Shown: positions 48,255 to 59,189 of the stretch, piece after piece
Layout of the letters: the number at the start of each line of letters is the position of its first letter
Numbering within the stretch: position 1 is the stretch's first letter
NCBI GenBank assembly: GCA_002269645.1
Contig: NIVC01000199.1
Location: forward strand, 372,001-436,000
Direction: 5' to 3'
DNA length: 64,000 nucleotides
From: Macrostomum lignano
Taxonomy: Eukaryota
Position numbers and translations under genes: made by a program
Notes under the pieces: generated by a model
The model's input: the letters and a program-made list of their open reading frames with translations, nothing else
Told to the model about the DNA's origin: nothing
The model's database searches: none

Positions 48255-48846
48255 CTCCTGAAGCACACTGAGAATCGCCCCTGAAGTACACTGAGAATCG
48301 CCCCTGAAGTATACTGACAATCGCCCCTGAAGTACACTGACAATCGCCCCTGAAGTACACTGACAATCGCCCCTAAAGTACACTGAGAATCGCCCCTGAA
48401 GTACACTGAGAATACCCCCTGTAAAAGTACACTGAGAATCACCCCTGCAGCACACTGAGATATCGCCCATGAAGCAGACTGAAAATCGCCCCTGAAGCAC
48501 ACTGAGAATCGGCCATGAAGCAGACTAAGAATCGCCCCTGAAGCACACTGAGAATCGCCCCTGAAGCACACTGAGATATCGCCCATGAAGCAGACTGAGA
48601 ATCGCCCCTGAAGCTCACTGAGATATCGCCCATGAAGCAGACTGAGAATCGCCCCTGAAGCACACTGAGATATCGCCCATGAAGCACACTGAGAATCGCC
48701 CCTGAAGCACACTGAGAATTCCCCCTGTAAAAGTACACTGAGAATCACCCCTGCAGCACACTGAGATATCGCCCATGAAGCAGACTGAGAAATCGCCCCT
48801 GAAGCAGATTGAGAATCGCCCCTGAAGCTTACTGAGAATCGCCCCT
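48255..48846. repeat. TRAP1 intron 3: 23-bp minisatellite (CTGAAGTACACTGAGAATCGCCC)n
   Basis: Period 23. The array runs into the acceptor. Confidence 0.95.
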
Positions 48847-48852
48847 CCGCAG

Positions 48853-49473
48853 GTACGCCGGCTTCCACCGCGACTTCGGCCTATTCCTCAAAGAAGGCAT
48901 CGTCACCACCCAGGACCAGGCTGAGAGAGAGAAAATCGCTGACTTATTGAGATTCGAAACCTCTGCCCAGCAACCGGGCCAGCTGACTTCTCTATCAGAA
49001 TACGTGGCCCGCCAGGACGCCAGCTCGCGTAATATTCTGTTCCTTAGCGCTCCCAGCCGGCAGCTGGCGGAGACTTCGCCCTACCTTGAGGCCGTTCGCC
49101 ATCGCAATCTGGAAGTAATTTTCCTGTACGAACCCTACGACGAATTGGTGCTGATGCAGTTGGGCCAATTTGCCGGCAAACAGTTGCAATCTGTTGAGAA
49201 TGAAGCGTCAAGATCTGCTAGCGATGATGATAATGCCAGCAAAGATGAGACAAGCACCAAACCGGATGCTGATAGCGAACAGCATGACAGTGCTGGGGAC
49301 AATCGTTTATCTGAACGCGACGCCAACGATCTGTCCTCGTTTATGACTACAGCTCTAGCTGGCCGAGTGAAATTAGTGAAGCCGACTAATCGGCTGACTA
49401 CTCATCCTTGCGTTGTGTGTATTAAAGATCTGGGCGCTGTTAGACACCTGCTTAGGACTACAATGCACGATAG
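48853..49473 (+). CDS. TRAP1: TRAP1 exon 4
   Basis: CCGCAG|G..AG|GTGAGT, phase 2-2. FGLFLKEGIV..LLRFETS..SPYLE..YEPYDELVL. Confidence 0.95.
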
Positions 49474-49479
49474 GTGAGT

Positions 49480-50775
49480 TGGGTAGGGTAAATAGGTTTT
49501 ATGGTAGGTTTGGGTATGTTAGTAGGTTTCATGGTATGTTAAGGGTAGGGTAGTAGGTTTAATGGTAGGTTTTGGTAGTAGGTTTCATGGTAGGTTAGAG
49601 TAGTAGGTTTCATGGCAGGTTGGGGTAGTAGGTTTCATGGTAGGTTAGGGTAGTAGGTTAGGGTAGTAGGTTTTATGGTAGGTTGAGGTAGTAAGTTTCA
49701 TGGTAGGTTTTGGTAGTAGGTTTCATGGTAGGTTAGAGTAGTAGGTTTCATGAAAGGTTAGGGTACATGTAGGTTTCATGGTAGGTTAGGGTAGTACATG
49801 TAGATTTCATGGTAGGTTAAGGTAGTACATGTAGGTTTCATGGTAGGTTAGGGTAGTAGGTTAGGGTAGTAGGTTTCATGGTAGGTTAGGGTGGTCGTTT
49901 TCATGGAAGGTTAGGGTAGTAGGCTTCATGGTAGGTTAGGGTAGTAGGTTTCATGGCAGGTTAGGGTAGTACATGTAGGTTTCATGGTAGGTTAGGGTAG
50001 TACATGTAGGTTTCATGGTAGGTTAGGGTAGTACATGTAGGTTTCATGGTAGGTTAGGGTAGTACATGTAGGTTTCATGGTAGGTTAGGGTAGTACATGT
50101 AGGTTTCATGGTAGGTTAGGGTGGTCGTTTTCATGGTAGGTTAGAGTTGTAGGCTTCATGGTAGGTTAGGGTGGTAGGCTTCATGGTAGGTTAGGGTAGT
50201 AGGTTTTATGTTAGGTTAGGGTAGTAGGCTTCATGGTAGGTTAGGGTGGTAGGCTTCATGGTAGGTTAGGGTAGTAGGTTTCATGGTAAGTTAGGGTGGT
50301 AGGCTTCATGGTAGGTTAGGGTAGTAAGTTTCATGGTAAGTTAGGGTGGTAGGCTTCATGGTAGGTTAGGGTAGTAGGCTTCATGGTAGGTTAGGGTAGT
50401 AGGTTTCATGGTAGGTTTGGGTAGTAGGCTTCATGGTAGGTTAGGGTAGTAGGCTTCATGGTAGGTTAGGGTAGTAGGTTTCATGGTAGGTTTGGGTAGT
50501 AGGCTTCATGGTAGGTTAGGGTGGTAGGCTTCATGGTAGGTTAGGGTAGTAGGTTTCATGGTAAGTTAGGGTGGTAGGCTTCATGGTAGGTTAGGGTAGT
50601 AGGCTTCATGGTAGGTTAGGGTAGTAGGTTTCATGGTAGGTTTGGGTAGTAGGTTTCATGTTAGGTTAGGGTAGTAGGTTATATGGTAGGTTTAGGTAGT
50701 AGGTTTCATGCATTCATGGGAGGTTAGGGTAGTAGTTTTTATGGTATGTTAGGGTAGTAGATTTCATGGTAGGAT
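49480..50775. repeat. TRAP1 intron 4: 25-bp G-rich minisatellite (TTTCATGGTAGGTTAGGGTAGTAGG)n containing TTAGGG
   Basis: Period 25, with a 31-bp variant carrying an extra TACATG. Confidence 0.95.
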
Positions 50776-50974
50776 AATATTATTAGAGTGTTGGAGAGTA
50801 TAGTATGCTATTATGAATACAGTTTCTGCTACCGTAGGCCTATAAGCTAAACTGTCTATTTACTAGCGAAATGTTTTTATTTCTACTTACAGTAGGCTGT
50901 TAGCGCACAGCGCCGTATCTTTATTCTAAATATAATAGGTAACAATAAAAATTCAATTTGTAATTCCATGCTAG

Positions 50975-51206
50975 GCCAGCCGAGGAGCGCCTTCGCCTGA
51001 TGGAGCCGGTGCTGGAGATCAACGCTAAGCACCCGCTAATCCGCAAGCTGTCAATCATGCGAACGGGCGATCCGGATCTGGCTAAATTATTCGCTCTGCA
51101 GTTGTGCGACAATGCGCTCACCATTGCCGGGGTGCTGGAAGATCCCAGGGCGATGATCGATCGGTTGAACGAGTTGCTAACGAAAGCGGCGGAGAAGATG
51201 CCTTGA
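50975..51206 (+). CDS. TRAP1: TRAP1 exon 5 (stop)
   Basis: GCTAG|G, then LEINAKHPLIRKL..QLCDNALTIAGVLEDPR. There is no C-terminal MEEVD, as expected for TRAP1. Confidence 0.94.
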
Positions 51207-51434
51207 CTTTATTGCTGTTTGACTGGACAGTATCCATTGTGTGCTTGTGCTGTTAGTGGTTAATTACTGCCGGCTTTACATCCTTTGCTTTTCGTGTTGC
51301 ATAAATATTGAGAAACAGTTTATAGGACTGTCCAGTTGAGAGAATTTATATGGCTAGAGTATAGAAAAGGATAGATCAATAAATAAAAAAGGTTTTGTGG
51401 TAAATAAAGAGTGGGTGGTATAAAGAAGCGTAGC

Positions 51435-51980
51435 TAGGAGAGTAGAACGGTAGACAGGAGGGTAGAGTGGTAGACAGGAGGGTAGAGCGGTAGACAGGAG
51501 GGTAGAGTGGTAGACAGGAGGGTAGAGCGGTAGATAGGAGGGTAGAGCGGTAGACAGGAGGGTAGAGCGGTAGACAGGAGAGTAGAACGGTAGACAGGAG
51601 GGTAGAGTGGTAGACAGGAGAGTAGAACGGTAGACAGGAGGGTAGAGCGGTAGTCAAGAGGGTAGAGCGGTAGACAGGAGGGTAGACAGGAGGGTAGAGC
51701 GGTAGTCAAGAGGGTAGAGCGGTAGACAGGAGGGTAGAGTGGTAGACAGGAGGGTAGACAGGAGGGTAGAGCGGTAGTCAAGAGGGTAGAGCGGTAGACA
51801 GGAGGGTAGAGTGGTAGACAGGAGGGTAGAGTGGTAGACAGGAGAGTAGAGCGGTAGATAGGAGGGTAGAGTGGTAGACAGGAGGGTAGAGTGGTAGACA
51901 GGAGGGTAGAGTGGTAGACAGGAGGGTAGAGTGGTAGACAGGAGAGTAGAGCGGTAGATAGGAGGGTAGAGTGGTAGACG
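51435..51980. repeat. 20-bp purine-rich minisatellite downstream of TRAP1 (GGTAGACAGGAGGGTAGAGC)n
   Basis: Period 20. It starts just after an AATAAA-containing stretch near 51378. Confidence 0.95.
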
Positions 51981-52379
51981 CAAGAACAAGATGTTTACAT
52001 GCGGCAGCAATTAAGATTTATGAGCAACTTTGATAACTCTTTACACCAGCAATATTTGAGAACTCAAGAAATCTTAACTAGCTGATATATGATTAGTGTC
52101 TTTGCTTCTTATCTTTCAATGTTGCACTGACTGTAACAACATAATTTAATTCTTGAACAACAATTAAGGAAAATTGCTTTTTAACCAGCTTTTTGTCTGA
52201 GAATAATTAATTCAGCATTTTGTGGACAAGATACATATTGCTCTAGTAAGTTTCACATATTACTGCTTGTTAGTTTGAATTGAAAATACAACTGTGTTTT
52301 ATTAGGAAAAAATATTACACCTGTTGTAGTTGTTATGACGAACAAACCAATTTATTTGGATATTAGATATAAAAGTACC

Positions 52380-52930
52380 TGTTGCCATAGCAACCACATA
52401 TTTTAACATAATCTAAATTCTTATTATGATAATGATCTCAGTTCTCATAGCAACCAGGCACATTCATATAGCTAGTCTCAATTATAATTCCTGTTGCCAT
52501 AGCAACCAAACACATTCATATATTAGCCAGTCTCAATCAGAATGCCAGTTGCCATGGCAACCAAACATTCATATAGCTAGTCTCAATAATTATCCCAGTT
52601 GCCATAGCAGCCAAACACATTCATGTAGCTAGTCCGAATGATAATCCCTGTTGCCATAGAAACCAAACACATTCATATATGGCTAGTCTCATTCACAACT
52701 CCAGTTGCCATAGCAACCAAACACATGGCTAGTCTCAATAATAATCCCTGTTGCCATAGCAACCAAACAAATTCATATATGGCTAGTCTCATTCACAACT
52801 CCAGTTGCCATAGCAACCAAACACATATATAGCTAGTCTCAATAATAATCCCAGTTACCATAGCAACCAAACACATTCATATATGGCTAGTCTCATTGCA
52901 TGCTCCAGTTGCCATGACAACCAAGCGCGG
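52380..52930. repeat. About 50-55-bp tandem repeat (about 10 copies) ending in the DTYMK start codon
   Basis: Recurrent GTTGCCATAGCAACCAAACACATTCATATA..GCTAGTCTC. Confidence 0.9.
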
Positions 52931-53306
52931 CCTATTCGTAGTCCTAGAAGGCATGGACCGGGCCGGCAAGTCCTCGCAGTGCCGCCGGCTTGTGGACCAC
53001 CTGAACAGCATCGGGCATCGAACCGAGCTCATGCGATTCCCCGAGCGCGACTCGGCCATCGGCAGCCTGATTGGCCAGTATCTGGGCAGGAAAATCGAAC
53101 TTGACGATCACGCCGTCCACCTGCTGTTCTCGGCCAATCGCTGGGAGTTTCGGCCGCATATCTTGGACACCCTGGCCAGTGGAGTGAACATTGTGTGCGA
53201 CAGATATGCATACAGCGGCATTGCCTTCACCGCCGCCAAGGCTGATGGCCCCGACTTTCACTGGTGCTGCCAGCCCGAGGTGGGCCTGCCCGCTCCCGAC
53301 CTCAAG
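52914..53306 (+). CDS. DTYMK: Thymidylate kinase (dTMP kinase), exon 1
   Basis: MTTKRGLFVVLEGMDRAGKS (P-loop), RFPER, HLLFSANRWE, DRYAYSG, PDL. Donor AAG|GT. Total 693 nt, 230 aa. Confidence 0.95.
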
Positions 53307-53314
53307 GTCAGATC

Positions 53315-53740
53315 TGGGCAGATGGGATCAGGAAGTGGGGAGATGGGATCAGGGAGTGGGGAAGATGGGATCAGGGAGTGGGCAGATGGGATCAGGGAGT
53401 AGGGAGATGGGATCAGCGAGTGGGGAGATGGGATCAGGGAGTGGGAATATGGGATCAGGCAGTGGGAGATGAGATCATGGAGTGGAAAGCTGGTATCAGA
53501 TAGTGGGGAGATGGGATCAGGGATCGTGGGAGATGGGATCAGGGATCGTGGGAGATGGGATCAGGGATCGTGGGAGATGGGATCAGGGATCGTGGGAGAT
53601 GGGATCAGGGATCGTGGGAGATGGGATCAGGGATCGTGGGAGATGGGATCAGGGATCGTAGGAGATGGGATCAGGGATCGTGGGAGATGGGATCAGGGAT
53701 CGTGGGAGATGGGATCAGATAGTGGGGAGATGGGAACATG
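53315..53740. repeat. DTYMK intron: 22-bp minisatellite (GGGAGATGGGATCAGGGATCGT)n
   Basis: Period 22. Confidence 0.93.
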
Positions 53741-53769
53741 GAATAGGACAGATCCCCACCATCTTGCAG

Positions 53770-54069
53770 ATCTTCCTGTCTGTGAGCCCCGAGGCGCAGG
53801 CAAGTCGCGGCGGCTTCGGAGCCGAGCGCTACGAAGTGGCGGACTTCCAGCGACGGGTCGGCGAGGCCTACGCCAGACTGATGCGGCTGGAGGACCAGGC
53901 GGGCGGCTCCTGCCCTGCCTGGCTCACCATCAACGCCGACGGCGCCTTCGACGAGGTGCAGCAGCAGCTGGCTAAGGCCGTGGTTGCCGCCATCGACTGT
54001 CCGCGCTCTGCCGGTCCGCCCGCTGGCCTGCGGTTTCCGACTGCCGGTGGCCGAGGCTGCGAGGCCTGA
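53770..54069 (+). CDS. DTYMK: Thymidylate kinase, exon 2
   Basis: TTGCAG|ATC, then IFLSVSPEAQASRGGFGAERYE..FQRRV. TGA at 54067-54069. Confidence 0.93.
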   Translation: MFLSVSPEAQASRGGFGAERYEVADFQRRVGEAYARLMRLEDQAGGSCPAWLTINADGAFDEVQQQLAKAVVAAIDCPRSAGPPAGLRFPTAGGRGCEA

Positions 54070-54097
54070 CTGCGGCGGGCTCTCGGTGGGTGACTGG

Positions 54098-54340
54098 GAC
54101 TGTCTGTGTCTATGTGTCTTTCTGTTTGACTGTCTGTGTCTATGTGTCTTTCTGTTTGACTGTCTGCCTGCCTGCCTGCCTGCCTGTCTGTCTGTCTGCC
54201 TGTCTGTCTGTCTGCCTGCCTGTCTGTCTGTCTGCCTGTCTTCCTGTCTGTCTGTCTGTCTGTCTGTCTTCCTGTCTGCCTGTCTGTCTGTCTGCCTGTC
54301 TGCCTGTCTGCCTGTCTGTCTGTCTGTTTGACTGTCTTCC

Positions 54341-54409
<69 letters not shown>

Positions 54410-54450
54410 GCCTGCCTGTCTGCCTGCCTGTCTGTCTGTCTGTCTCTGTG
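54098..54450. repeat. (TGTC/TGCC)n microsatellite just 3' of DTYMK
   Basis: Tetranucleotide repeat. Confidence 0.95.
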
Positions 54451-55045
54451 TATTCTTATGTTTCTTATATTTACCATTTTTATAAATCAAGTTCAACAAT
54501 GGGTTAACCAAGTGTAACACTGTCAAGTCTTATAAAATGGAATTAATATTTCCGTAGTTATTTCTATGAGACGGCAATGTAGTTAGCATTATTTTCATCG
54601 ATCGAAATTCCTTGCTGCTTACTATGCAGATTTGTATCTTTTTTATATGGCATTTCATGTTTTTTCAAGTCGGTTATTTTTATAACTGTTTATAATAGTA
54701 AGTTCTGCTTTCCTTGTAATTTAAAAACTTTACAGCACGCGAATACAAATAAGTAAAATTGGAAATAAACATTGACTTAAATGTCTTTAAAGTGTATCAT
54801 GCACCATATTGCATTTTTTGTTATAAATTCTGTTTGAGCTTTCTGTATTTTAGTGATTTTTTACTTTTAATGACAAAATACCTGCCTTCTGACGGTGAAA
54901 ATTGTCTGCAGAGAGAAATTTCTGCGATGAGACAAGCCTAATTAACTAAAATTTACTTCCTCGGGAAGCTATCCGTAGTTGGGTGACCTCTGGCTTGAGC
55001 ACTGCTGCTGAGATGTCAAACCAGTTGATAAATTCTCTCACGAGT

Positions 55046-56570
55046 ATCTGAAGCGATTGAGAAATTGCTGAAGCGCATGAAGAGTTGTTGATTGAGGTGC
55101 GTTAAAAAATTTCTGAAGTGCCTGAAGAGTTGCTGAAGTGCCTGAAGAGTTGCTGAAGTGCCTGAAGGGTTGCTGAAGTGCCTGAAGAGTTGCTGAAGTG
55201 CCTGAAGAGTTGCTGAAGCGCATGAAGAGTTGTTGATTGAGGTGCGTTAAAAAATTTCTGAAGTGCCTGAAGAGTTGCTGAAGTGCCTGAAGAGTTGCTG
55301 AAGTGCCTGAAGGGTTGCTGAAGTGCCTGAAGAGTTGCTGAAGTGCCTGAAGAGTTGTTGAAGCGCATGAAGAGTTGTTGATTGAGGTGCGTTAAAAAAT
55401 TTCTGAAGTGCCTGAAGAGTTGCTGAAGTGCCTGAAGGGTTGCTGAAGTGCCTGAAGAGTTGCTGAAGTGCCTGAAGAGTTGCTGAAGTGCCTGAAGAGT
55501 TGCTGAAGTGCCTGAAGAGTTGCTGAAGTGCCTGAAGGGTTGCTGAAGTGCCTGAAGAGTTGCTGAAGTGCCTGAAGAGTTGCTGAAGTGCCTGAAGAGT
55601 TGCTGAAGTGCCTGAAGAGTTGCTGAAGTGCCTGAAGAGTTGCTGAAGTGCCTGAAGAGTTGCTGAAGTGCCTGAAGAGTTGCTGAAGCGCATGAAGAGT
55701 TGCTGAAGCGATTGAGAAGTTGCTGAAGCGATTGAGAAGTTGCTGAAGTGCCTGAAGAGTTGCTGAAGTGCATGAAGAGTTGCTGAAGTGCCTGAAGAGT
55801 TGCTGAAGTGCCTGAAGAGTTGCTGAAGTGCCTGAAGAGTTGCTGAAGTGCCTGAAGAGTTGCTGAAGTGCCTGAAGAGTTGCTGAAGTGCCTGAAGAGT
55901 TGCTGAAGTGCCTGAAGAGTTGCTGAAGTGCATGAAGAGTTGCTGAAGTGCATGAAGAGTTGCTGAAGTGCCTGAAGAGTTGCTGAAGTGCCTGAAGAGT
56001 TGCTGAAGTGCCTGAAGAGTTGCTGAAGTGCCTGAAGAGTTGCTGAAGTGCCTGAAGAGTTGCTGAAGTGCCTGAAGAGTTGCTGAAGTGCCTGAAGAGT
56101 TGCTGAAGTGCCTGAAGAGTTGCTGAAGTGCCTGAAGAGTTGCTGAAGTGCCTGAAGAGTTGCTGAAGTGCCTGAAGAGTTGCTGAAGTGCCTGAAGAGT
56201 TGCTGAAGTGCCTGAAGAGTTGCTGAAGTGCCTGAAGAGTTGCTGAAGTGCCTGAAGAGTTGCTGAAGTGCCTGAAGAGTTGCTGAAGTGCCTGAAGAGT
56301 TGCTGAAGTGCCTGAAGGGTTGCTGAAGTGCCTGAAGAGTTGCTGAAGTGCCTGAAGAGTTGCTGAAGTGCCTGAAGGGTTGCTGAAGTGCCTGAAGAGT
56401 TGCTGAAGCACATAAAGAGTTGCTGAAGCACATGAAGAGTTGCTGAAGCACATAAAGAGTTGCTGAAGCACATAAAGAGTTGCTGAAGCGCATGAAGAGT
56501 TGCTGAAGCGCATGAAGAGTTGCTGAAGCGCATGAAGAGTTGCTGAAGCGCATGAAGAGTTTCTGAAGCG
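55046..56570. repeat. 20-bp satellite (TGCTGAAGTGCCTGAAGAGT)n with a 3 x 145-bp cassette at the left edge
   Basis: Period 20. ATTGAGGTGCGTTAAAAAATT recurs at 55091, 55236 and 55381. Confidence 0.96.
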
Positions 56571-57015
56571 GGTCAATTTGATGAATCAACTTAAAAAGGT
56601 TTCTGAAGCGCAATTTAATTGATAAAACGCCGGAAGAGAGCCGCATTGCAGGAGCTGTTGAAGCCTTAATCAAAATGAATTTTGTTTAGAACTCCACGTT
56701 TCAATGCTCACGCGCATGCACCAGTTAAAATGAAAACTACTTAATTTAGTCAATTGCTAAAGCCTTCGCTCTACCTTACGCCCAATGCCTTTCTTCCCAA
56801 GAATTACTGTAGCGACGCTATCTCCACCGGGCACAATGCTGAGCAGTGGACTCAATAGTCTCCAGTGCCTGGCAGACTTGGCCTGATAAAGCATTGTGGA
56901 GGGGTCGAGATAAGACCCATATAGCTTTATACAACTGCAGAAAATTTTATACCCTGCTTTTAGACCTGCCTGGCAACAGAATTTGGCCTTGTTCTGCTTT
57001 CTCATTACACTGTCA

Positions 57016-57418
57016 ATGGACACCGGCTTCTTCAAGGCCGTCAGCGGCTTCAAGTTCACCAGCCGCAAGCACCGAGTATCAGACGATGACGCCGTTGACA
57101 GGATCAACTCTTACTATGCTCCTGTGCTCATTGTGATCATGTCATCGATTGTCATGACCAAGATGTACCTCCTTGGCGACCCCGTGCAGTGCTGGATTCC
57201 ACCGGAGTTCAAGCCGGCCTGGGAGCAGTACGCAGAGACCTACTGCTGGCTGAAGAACACCTACTTTGTGCCTCCGAACGGCAGCATTCCCGGCGACGAG
57301 ACGGTCAGGCAGGGCGAGGAGCTCAAGTACTACCAGTGGGTGCCGTTCGTGCTGGCTATCCAGGCACTCATGTTCCACTTGCCGGCTGTGATCTGGAAGC
57401 TGATGAACTGGCAGTCAG
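57016..57418 (+). CDS. inx: Innexin (gap-junction/hemichannel protein), exon 1
   Basis: DDDAVDRINSYY, GDPVQCWIP.EF..W.QYAETYCW, YYQWVP. Donor TCAG|GT (phase 1). Total 1245 nt, 414 aa. The symbol is family-level only. Confidence 0.95.
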
Positions 57419-57429
57419 GTTGGTTGCTT

Positions 57430-57830
57430 GATCTGTCTGCTGCTGCCTGTCTGCTGCTGCCTGTCTGTCTGTCTGTCTGCTATTGCCTGTCTGCTGCTGC
57501 CTGTCTGTCTGTCTGTCTGCTATTGCCTGTCTGCTGCTGCCTGTCTGCTGCTGCCTGTCTGTCTGTCTGTCTGCTATTGCCTGTCTGCTGCTGCCTGTCT
57601 GTCTGCTATTGCCTGTCTGCTGCTGCCTGTCTGCTGCTGCCTGTCTGCCTGTCTGCTATTGCCTGTCTGCTGCTGCCTGTCTGCTGCTGCCTGTCTGCTG
57701 CTGCCTGTCTGCCTGTCTGCTATTGCCTGTCTGCTGCTGCCTGTCTGCTTTTGCCTGTCTGCTATTGTCTGTCTGTCTGTCTGCTACTGCCTGTCTGCTA
57801 TTGTCCGTCCACCTGTCTGTCGTTGTCTAC
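57430..57830. repeat. Innexin intron 1: degenerate (CTGTCTGCTG/CTGC)n repeat
   Basis: Low-complexity CTG/TGTC mix. Confidence 0.9.
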
Positions 57831-58001
57831 CTATGTAAACTGTCTAGTCTGTCAACCGTGTCTGTCTAAATGTACCTTTCTGTCTATTCCTCAGTCGCCG
57901 TGTATCTCATTGTCTGCATACATGTCCAATATTGTTTGTTTACCTACCTGTCTGTCCTTCCCTCCAGTCCACCCCGGCCCCAAACACGCTCGCTCCCGCA
58001 G

Positions 58002-58468
58002 GGGTCCAGATCAAGACGCTGGTCGGCATGGCGGTGAACTGCGTGGATGACAGTCAGGAGAAGCGCGAGGACAAGATCAAGAAGCTGGCCTGGTACTTTC
58101 GAACCGCCATCGAGAAGAAGATCCGAAAGCAGTCCGGCTTCTTCTACAATCTGAAGAAGGTGCTCATCCGGTATCTCCTCATTGGCAGAGCAGCCTACGG
58201 CCGCTACCTCATCAACGTGTACATCGTTATCAAGCTGCTGTACATCGCTAACGTTGTCGGGCAGTTCTTCCTGCTCAACGGTTTCCTCGGCACCGATTAC
58301 GACTTTTATGGGCTCGGCGTCCTGCGCGACCTGTGGAACAATCACGACTGGAGGCACAGCGGCCACTTCCCCAGGGTGACCCTGTGCGACTTCAATGTCC
58401 GCGTCATTGGCAACAGCCATCCCAGGACTCTGCAGTGCGTGCTGGTGGTCAACCTGCTCAATGAGAAG
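58002..58468 (+). CDS. inx: Innexin exon 2
   Basis: CCGCAG|GG, then YIVIKLLYIANVVGQFFLLNGFLG, HFPRVTLCDF, QCVLVVNLLNEK|GT. Confidence 0.95.
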
Positions 58469-58477
58469 GTTGGTTTC

Positions 58478-58700
58478 CGACTCTTGTCACTCTGCCTTCG
58501 ACTCTTGTCACTCTGCCTGCGACTCTTGTCACTCCAACTGCGACTCTTGTCACTCCAACTGCGACTCTTGTCACTCCGCCTGCGATTCTTGTCACTACGC
58601 CTGCGAGTCTTGTCACTCCAACTGCGACTCTTGTCACTCTGCATGCGACTCTTGTCACTTCAACTGAGACTCTTATCACTCCAAATGTGACTCTCCAACT
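58478..58700. repeat. Innexin intron 2: 21-bp minisatellite (CGACTCTTGTCACTCCAACTG)n
   Basis: Period 21. Confidence 0.92.
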
Positions 58701-58776
58701 TTACTCATCTCAATTGGTTTCTATGAATCTAAAAGAATGTAGCCATCAGGTCAATTGCCGCCAAACCCACTCTCAG

Positions 58777-59151
58777 ATCTTCGTCTTCCTCTGGTTCATG
58801 CTGCTGTTCGTCGCCGTGGTGACCATCCTGGACGCCCTGTTCTGGCTGGCGTGGGCCTTCCTACCAAACCGGCGCTTCGCCACCCTGCGCCGCCTGCTGG
58901 AGTCCGCGCAGTCTGCCAGGAGACGCGCCGCAGATGCTGAACCTTCGCACCTGTACGAGCACTCCGCAGTCGACTTGGAGCAGTTTTTCAACGACTACAT
59001 CGACTCTGATGGAGCTTTCCTGCTGAGAATGATTGGCAAAAATGCTGGCGAACCAGTGCTCAAGGAGCTGCTGCAGCGGCTGTGGGCTGACTACCGGGCG
59101 CCACTGATGAACAGGGCTGCAGCTAAGGGGGCCAGCAGCGCTTACGAGTAG
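58777..59151 (+). CDS. inx: Innexin exon 3 (stop)
   Basis: CTCAG|ATC, then IFVFLWF, YIDSDGAFLLRMI..NAG..LW..Y. TAG at 59149-59151. Confidence 0.94.
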   Translation: MFVFLWFMLLFVAVVTILDALFWLAWAFLPNRRFATLRRLLESAQSARRRAADAEPSHLYEHSAVDLEQFFNDYIDSDGAFLLRMIGKNAGEPVLKELLQRLWADYRAPLMNRAAAKGASSAYE

Positions 59152-59189
59152 AAGCTTTGTTTAATTCGCTGATTTCGGAGCCTGTTTTA

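Noticed and set aside
49480-50775. Interstitial telomere or chromosome-fusion scar
   Set aside because: TTAGGG occurs once per 25-bp unit, not as contiguous hexamers, and there is no head-to-head junction.
55102-56673. 523-aa and related long ORFs
   Set aside because: These are stop-free frames of the 20-bp satellite.
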